In this document: piece by piece, positions 42,336-64,000 of the stretch
Layout of the letters: each line of letters begins with the position of its first letter
Position numbering within the stretch: the first letter of the stretch is position 1
DNA from: the human T2T-CHM13v2.0 reference genome, Homo sapiens
NCBI RefSeq assembly: GCF_009914755.1
Contig: NC_060948.1
Reading direction: 5' to 3' (one strand)
Length of the DNA: 64,000 nucleotides
Program-made: the position numbers and the translations under genes
The notes under the pieces: generated by a model
The model's input: only the letters and a program-made list of their open reading frames with translations
The model's database searches: none
Told to the model about the DNA's origin: nothing

Positions 42336-43596
42336 GATGGTAAAGTTTGATGTCACCAAATGATAATGACACTTTTGTGTGTGTGTGTGTGTGTGTTGGA
42401 GTCTCGCTCTGTCACCCAATCTGGAGTGCAGTGGCATGATCTTGGCTCACTGCAACTTCCACCTCCCAGGTTCAAGTAATTCTCCTCTCAGACTCCTGAG
42501 GAGCTGGGACTACAGGCACACGCCACCATGCCAGGCTAATTTTTGTATTTTTAGTAGAGATGGGGTTTCATCATACTGGTCAGGCTGGTCTCGAACTCCT
42601 GACCTCAGGTGATCCACCTGCCTGGGTCTCCCAAAGTGCTGGGATTACAGGCATGAACCACCGTGCCTAGCCTGATAAAGACACTGTCGTTAAGAGAGAG
42701 GGCTAGAGGCAGTGATTATGTGCCAGAGAAAACTAGCAGCCTAGATTTAAGAGGATAGTATAATCCAAAGCTTTTCAGAAGGAATAGATATATTTTATAG
42801 AAGGCATTAAGACATAAAGCAGATTATTGAAACTTCATTGTACACTGTAACCATATAATTGGCCTTTACTTATATATTTCTTCTTTTACTTTGAAGTTTG
42901 TTTTCATATCAAAAGTTGAGAATGTAAAATTATTCAAGCTTTATAATATTTTATTTTAGATTTGTGTAAAAGTGAATGCTCTTTATATTCCATAGCAAGT
43001 AACTGAAAAGCTACTGAAAAGTGTCCAACCCAAGAATTTTGTGTATTTTTCATTTTGAATATACTTCTCAGTGATTTCATTTTTGAATCCTAGCCCTTTT
43101 AAATTTTAGAATACAAGGTAGTTTAAAATGGCTTCAATAAGGCTGGGTGCGGTGGTTCGCACCTGTAATCCCAGCGCTTAGGGAGACCGAAGTGGGTGGA
43201 TCACGAGGTCAGGAGTTTGAGAACAGCCTGACCACCATGGTAAAACCCTGTCTCTACTAAAAATACAAACATTAGCTGGGCGTGATGGTGCACACCTGTA
43301 ATCCCAGCTACTCAGGAGGCTGAGGTAGGAGAATTGCTTTGACCCTGGGAGGCTGAAGTTGCAGTAAGCCAAGATCGCACCACTGCACTCCAGCCTGGGT
43401 GACAGAGGGAGACTCCGTCTCAAAAGAAAAAAAAAGGGTTGGGGGGCTCTAATAAATTAAGTGGTACATTTTAAATAATTGTTTATTAGATACTGTGTAT
43501 GCAGATAAACCTGTTTAAATATAGAAGATTTATATTCCTATTTACATGTATTCTTTTGACAAATTAGAATTGAAAATTATATGAAAATAGATTTTC

Positions 43597-43890
43597 AGCT
43601 GGGCGTGGTGGCTCACGCCTGTAATCCCAGCACTTTGGGAGGCCGAGGCAGGCGAATCACGAGGTCAGGAGATCGAGACCACGGTGAAACCATGTCTCTA
43701 CTAAAAATACAAAAAATTAGCCAGGTGCGGTGGTGGGTGACTGTAGTTCCAGCCACTCAGGAGGCTGAGGCAAGAGAATGGTGTGAACCCGGGAAGCGGA
43801 GCTTGCAGTGAGCTGAGATGGTGCCACTGCACTCCAGCCTGGGCAACAGAGTGAGACTCCATCTCAAAAATAAATAAATAAATATAATAA
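43597..43890 (+). mobile_element. AluY of the 12-bp-deletion lineage (AluYc3/Yd)
   Basis: GAGATCGAGACCACGGTGAAACC (lacks ATCCTGGCTAAC) and CCCGGGAAGCGGAGC. Confidence 0.8.
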
Positions 43891-46800
43891 AATAAAAAAT
43901 TAAATAAAAAAACTTTCTTTCTGTCATGAAGACTTAAATAGTAAAATATCTTCCTTCTATTATTTTTATCTTTTTTGTTTATAATGGTTAGGAAGTGAAT
44001 ATCTAATTTTCTATACTGTGAAAAATACGTATAAAGTATCATGGAAGTTCAAAATTCATTTTCCTTGAAGATAATTGCAAAGTTTTCTTCTTCAGAAATA
44101 TATCCTGTTATCATTAGGTTTAGTTGTACTGATAAATGGCAGTTGATGATTTGTAATTTTTTAAACATATTTTATTCATAACAGTTTTTTTTTTTTTTTT
44201 TGAGACGGAGTCTCATTCTGTTGCCCAGGCTGGAGTGTATTGGTGTGGTCTCGGCTCACTGCAGCCTCCACCTCCTGGGTTCAAGCAATTCTCTGCCTCA
44301 GCCTCCCAAGTAGCTGGATTACAGGCACCTGCCACTACACCTGGCTAATTTTTTTTTTTTGTATTTTTAATAGAGATGGGGTTTGACGGTCTTGGCCAGG
44401 CTGGTCTTGAACTCCTGACCTCGTGATCCACCCGCCTTGGCCTCCCAAAGTGCTAGGATTACAGGCATGAGCCACCGCATCCTGTTTTTTTTTTTTTTTT
44501 TTTTTTTTAAGGTGGAGTCTCACCATGTTGCCCAGGCTGCAGTGCAGTGGTGTGATCTCTGCACACTGCAACCTCCCCCTCCCGGTTTGAGTGATTCTTC
44601 TGTCTCAGCCTTCCGAGTAGCTGGGAATACAGTGCCTGGCTAATTTTTGTACGTTTAATGGAGACAGGGTTTCACCGTGTTTGCCAGGCTGGTCTCAAAC
44701 TCCTGACCTCAAGTGATCCCCCCCACCTCAGCCTCCCAAAATTCTGGGATTACAGATGTGAGCCACTTGTCTGACCTATTTTCCTCTTTTTCTTTTTACC
44801 TTTTTTCCTTTCCTTTTTTTCTTCCTTTCACTGTTTTCGTCTTTATGTCTCTCACCCTCACCCTTCCTCAGTTCAATTCAAAGAGCAATATACTGCCATA
44901 TCTGGAGAATTTTTAGCTGGAATTTAATCTTTATTTTAAAAGAGTAAGAATTTATACCATTATTATGTTTTCAACTGAGGTCGTTTTACAGAAGGAATTC
45001 TTTTTTTTATGTAGGAATGTGTTTTAAGACTTTTTGTTTCTAACGTCTAAGTTTCATAGAGAAAAAAAGGTAAAAGATTGACATTATTCTCATAGTCTTT
45101 TACTCTTTTCTCAAAGGTTCAGGTCCTAATTTTCTTTCAATTATACTAATTTATTTAAGCAGTCTCCTTTAGGTGGTCATTTGGGTTGTATACATATTCT
45201 TGTCTGTGTTTTATCAGTCATTTATTATTTAATTTCACATATGTGCAAGTATATATTTGAAGGATAGCATTCTAAAATTGCTGAGTTAAAGGGTATATGC
45301 ATTTACAAACTTGACAGATATTACCAGTTGTCCTCTATAAAGTGAAACTGGTTTATATCACCACAGCTAACATATAAATGTCTGTTTTCTACCATATTAT
45401 TAAATTACTGAACTTCATCCATCTGATGGAAAAGGAGAAATCTGATTGTACCTTACTTTTTATATTTTTAATTTTTTTATGAGATGTCTTGGTATGTTGG
45501 CCAGGATGGTCTCAAACTCCAGCCTCAAGCAATCCTCTCACCTCAGTCTCCCAGAGTTCTGGGATTACACGCATTAGCTACCATGCCTGGCCCTGATTAC
45601 CACCCCACCACTCACCCACCGCCCCCCCCTTTTTTTTTTTTTTTGAGACAGGGTCTCAGACTCTGTCACCCATGTTAGAGTGTGGCAATGTGATCACTGC
45701 TCACTGCAGCCTTGGCCTCCTGGCCTGAGGTGATTCTCCTGCCTCAGCCTCCCAAGTAGCTGGGACCACAGACACATGCCACCATGCCTGGCTGATTTTT
45801 TAAATTATTTGTAGGGACGTGGTCTCACTGTGTTGCACAGGCTAGGCTCAAACTCCTGAGCTCAAGTTATCCTCCCGCGTCAGCCTCCCAAAGTGCTGTG
45901 ATTACAGGGCTGAGCCACTGTGCCCAGCCTCTGATTATACTTTTAATTGTAATTTATCTTATGCTTGAAGTTGAACGTATACAGTAAAGACTTTACGGTA
46001 TTGTAGGCTGAAGTTTCAGAATCATCCAGGACCAATGATGTTAGCAGAAATGCAAAACTAGCCAAGGAGTATCGAGAGGACAAAATTGATAACTGATATT
46101 GTTATTACCTTCAAAGTTTGATTGCATTGGTTAGCTTATTGTTTTTATTAAAGTCATTTTAAAGAGCATATAAAGTTCTATGCCAAAGCGTGTTTGGCCT
46201 GACAAGTTGGGCTGTCACTTCCTTTTGACAAGACTCATTTTTATCAGCTTTAAATGCATGTGTCATTACTATTCTGGTTAGATAACATAATTATCCTACT
46301 GCAGAATATATAATTTCAAGAGTCTTGTGGATATTTGATGCCTTTTCCTCTGAAAACAATGGAATTGTTTTCAAACCACTTTTATTTCAGTAAGATAAAT
46401 GTAATCCTTCCTTTAATTGTAATGCAAAATTTAAGAGCACATTGAAATGAAAACAAAAGCTTAACACTACCTACATTTTGAAAGTTGTAAGACACTAGAT
46501 AAGTTAGATTTTATGTTTCTTGTGGTACCGCATAGAAACAAAGGTCATTCAAACTAAGTTTGAATGAGAATTAAGTTTAATGGCTCACTTGCTAAACCTG
46601 AGTTGCACAATTCTCACAATTCCTTAGGGATGTGGCAAGGTTATCCTTAAATGTAAAGTTTTTGCTCACTTAATGGAAAGCACTGTAGATATATAAATAA
46701 CATTGTTACCTGTCTTAGTGGGTCAGTATAATAGGGGTGGTGGTACATGTGAAAATGGTGAAATTTATAGCTAGTTTTGAGGCCCTTATGACTTTTAAGA

Positions 46801-47307
46801 GGTATTATGAGTCACTTTAACAAGTTAGTGTTTGTGACATAGTTTCAATTTCTTATGTGAAAGACGTTATTTCAATTGTAAATGTTCTTTTAATATTCTG
46901 GAGAGCTACTCTTTCCTAGCCACTCAGTTTTACTGACTTTAAAAGTTGTTTACAGTTTGTTTCATGTTCAAATGTAGGGTTTTAGTAATTCCTTGGGGTG
47001 GGGGGCAGGAATGGGCAGAAGGCCATTGTCTCTAATTTTCCTTTTTCCAACTTTCACTTTCTTTTTTCTATGGATTACATGTCAAGGTGGGTGAGAAAAA
47101 TGGGGGAGATTGAGAAAAGGGAGCAATTTATTGTTTGTAGGGGAGGTACAAAGTAAAGTCACTTAAGGAATCTGTCATAAAATTTAAATATATGATGAAG
47201 CTTGTGCAAGGGGATTATAAGAACTGATTTTACTTTAACCCTCCCTGCTTTATAAAAAGATCTTGTTGATGGCAAAAAGACAAACACTTTAGCAAATTGT
47301 CCTGTAA

Positions 47308-47635
<328 letters not shown>

Positions 47636-47917
47636 TAGTTGTTTTATATTGTAGACTCTTAAATGATGTGGACTATGTGTTGTAAAATCCATACCCTGAA
47701 GTAAAATGCATTTAGATGGCCCCCACTTCCCTTTTTAACTTAAATCCTTTTTCCCCCTTGCAGTCAGTGCATTTTTATATTTGTACATACTTTGTGAGAA
47801 ATGTGTAAAGGAAATATTTTTGCATCTAATTGTTCTAACTTCCAAAGATTCTTTACTGAGTTAAAAAAACTTTTTTTTTAGTCTAAACTGAATTTTGTCT
47901 GTCTTTCCCCTACTCAG

Positions 47918-48021
47918 GCCCAGATTGCCTTCCTACAGGGAGAAAGGAAGGGCCAAGAAAATTTGAAGAAGGATCTTGTGAGGAGGATCAAAATGTTGGA
48001 GTATGCTCTTAAACAGAAAAG
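47918..48021 (+). pseudogene. STRN: Isolated striatin (STRN) exon 2 copy, 104 bp, coiled-coil domain
   Basis: Polypyrimidine-CAG|GCC..AG|GTAATT; AQIAFLQGERKGQENLKKDLVRRIKMLEYALKQKR. AQIAF matches STRN rather than STRN3 (ARIAF) or STRN4 (AQVAF); the recalled wild-type end is KQER. Confidence 0.92.
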
Positions 48022-48038
48022 GTAATTCAGTAAAATGA

Positions 48039-53020
<4,982 letters not shown>

Positions 53021-53617
53021 ACAGTATTGAGGTATAATAATGTGACTTTATTCAGGAGAGTCAGCGAAGCATAGTGGTTAGAAGTTCAAGATCCTGAGTG
53101 AGTTACAGAATTGATCCCTCCAAGCCTCACTTCCTTCATCTCTAAAATGATGGGAATAATAATAATAGGACTTCCTATATGGCACTGGTGTGAGGAGTAA
53201 GTGAGGTTAACCAGTAAAGCATCATCACTGTCATCATCCCTGTTTCTACAGCAACAACATTGTGAGGGAGTTTGCTTCTGTAACTATTTTCTGTTGTATA
53301 CAGTAACATTTTATTTTTCAAAATTTTACTTTATACTAGAACATTTTAAATCTTAGAATATTAACAAGGATAGTATGTATTATCTGGGAACCCCCAAACA
53401 GGGTGGTAGGAAAGCACGAACTCATGGTATATTGACATCAACAGTGAAACACTTAAGAGCATCAAAATCATGAGTGATCAAACTCCAATGGAATTTATCT
53501 TAAATTTGACCTCGTTTCTGAGAAAATTTAATTTCTAAATAGCTAAATTTTCACTTTTTAATTTATGTCTTCTTTTTAAAACTCTCATTTGTGTCTCTAA
53601 TTTTTGTTTTCTTCCTA

Positions 53618-55135
<1,518 letters not shown>

Positions 55136-56969
55136 TCTAAGGCTATTTTTGATGTGCTTTCCTAGAGTAACTCTCAATTTAGAGGCTTCAGTGGTGAAAG
55201 AAGGTCAGGATGGATGTTAATCACACTTTTGTTTCTATTCTTTAGTTGGCTTAAACCTTTTCACTTCTTACATATCCTCTATGGTATCTGGAATATATCT
55301 ATAATATGAGCCAAGAAGAACAGTGAGATAAGTTCAAATTACCATAAAACCCTAAAGAAGGGCTCTGTTATTTGGGCAAGTATAGTGTGGGAGAAAATTA
55401 GGGGAAGTGTAAAGATTATTAGGTATGTGCTAACTGAAAGGTAGCAGGATCTGTTTGTTGTTTTAGATGAGATAATGGCCTGTGAACAAGAGCCTTAAAA
55501 CACTGACAGAAAAAGAAATAATAGTTTTGATAATACATAGAAGTGGAAACAACAATTAAAAGTGAAAATGACTGAATTTGGTTCAGTGCTCTACTATGCC
55601 CTTCTCAAAAAGAATTGGTCATTGCTATTAACTGCAATTCACCCTTTATTTGTTGTACCATATTTTAAAAGTATTCAATATTTAAAGCAGACACAATTAA
55701 CCTGTCACCTTATTTGATTGTGCATCATATAGAATTTCCTTCTTACGTTTAATGTTTTACTATCTCTTATGTTTTCTTTACTGTATTGTGCTTCTTTGGT
55801 TTATTAAACATATTTTAAATCATATAAATAATAATGAAAGTTTACTTGCAAAAAAAGTCAAATGGTGTAAAAGAATATTATACTTTACCCCTCATTTCTC
55901 TTCTTTTTTTCTGAAATAACCATTGTCGTTAGTTTGATATATGTTCTCTCAATCCACATTAAATGGCAGTTACACATTTATCTGCTGTTTTATTTGACTT
56001 GTATGGGACCATACTATACATATATTGTCCTGCAGTGTGCATATATATATGTATTTATATTCATTACTTAGCAGTATGTTTTGAAAGCATTTCCTTGTCA
56101 GTACACAGAGATAGACCTTACTCATTTTATAGTTCTATATGTCCCATTGTTATGAACGCAGACCATAATTTCTTTTACCATTTTCTTTTTGAATAATGGA
56201 GCTATAGTACATCATTTTCCATATGTTCTTGTGTACATGTTTGAGTACTTTCAATTCCTAGGAGGGTCAAATAATAGGTGTATTTTAAATTGCCATAAAT
56301 ACTTACAAATTCTCTTCTGAAATGATAGCCAGTTGACCCACTCCAACCAATTATGTAAAAATCCTATTTCTTCACAGCCTAACTCATACTGGATATTGTT
56401 AATCTTTCAATGTTCTGGATGAAAACTGATATCAATGGTGTTTTCATTTGCATTTCGCTGATTGATAACCAGATTACATGTCTTTTCATATGATTATTGG
56501 CTATTTGTACTTCCTCTGTGACTTAACTTTTTACATCCTTTGACTATTTCTGTTGAGATCTTTGTTAATTGTGTTTGTAGGAACTCAATATATTATGGGC
56601 TTCAATTCTTAAACTCTTACATGTGCTGGAAATATGTTTCCCTGTCTGTCTCTTTGCCTTCTTTTAAAATAATTTGACTTTAAAAATCATAGTAAGCATT
56701 TGGTTTAATATAAAAGGTGATAATATAAAGCACAAGCTTATGAAGCAGTTCTTTTTATCACCTATTAGGCCTGTTCTCAGAGCCAACGTCTTTTAATCTT
56801 TTAGATGTATTTTACTTTTTATACTTCTAAATTATATGCTTCTATCTATTTTAGATATCATCTAGTGTATATATCTTCTCCTCATCCTTCCAATATAGAT
56901 ACATCACAATTTTTTGTTAGACCTGTATTCATTGTTTATACTAATATGACTATGGACAAATGTGTGGGG

Positions 56970-64000
<7,031 letters not shown>

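Noticed and set aside
46006-46130. Possible cryptic exon upstream of the STRN exon (TAG|GCTGAAG..TTG|GTTAGC)
   Set aside because: Weak splice signals, early stops and no recognisable homology; it would need RNA evidence
47918-48021. Interpretation as the functional STRN gene or as a processed STRN pseudogene
   Set aside because: No STRN exon 1/CpG island upstream and an E>K change argue against the parental gene; intact intron boundaries on both sides exclude retrotransposition

Overview
Primate (hominoid-type Alu/L1 content) genomic DNA from a mosaic segmental duplication; no prokaryote-style system is present and none of the supplied ORFs is a credible gene. About 1-36.8 kb is a + strand unprocessed ANKRD36-family pseudogene. 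Its 11 exons were reconstructed by hand, and it carries a W9-to-stop change plus deletion in exon 1 and GT>AT donor mutations after exons 4 and 9. It lies behind a subtelomere-derived TAR1/CpG-island promoter and a ~45-bp GC-rich satellite. After exon 11 the ANKRD36 sequence stops and is replaced by an Alu-dense block. That block holds one isolated, splice-intact, same-strand copy of striatin (STRN) exon 2 (coiled coil, E>K change), with no STRN exon 1 or 3 seen, so the window looks like an ANKRD36-STRN chimeric duplicon. The ANKRD36 introns also carry a set of perfect fold-back hairpins (31, 22 and 15 bp arms), short templated duplications, a U6 pseudogene lacking its internal stem-loop, a twin-primed L1 and an essentially unmutated AluYe. 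Gene and repeat names come from recalled consensus sequences and need BLAST/RepeatMasker confirmation; repeat boundaries are approximate.
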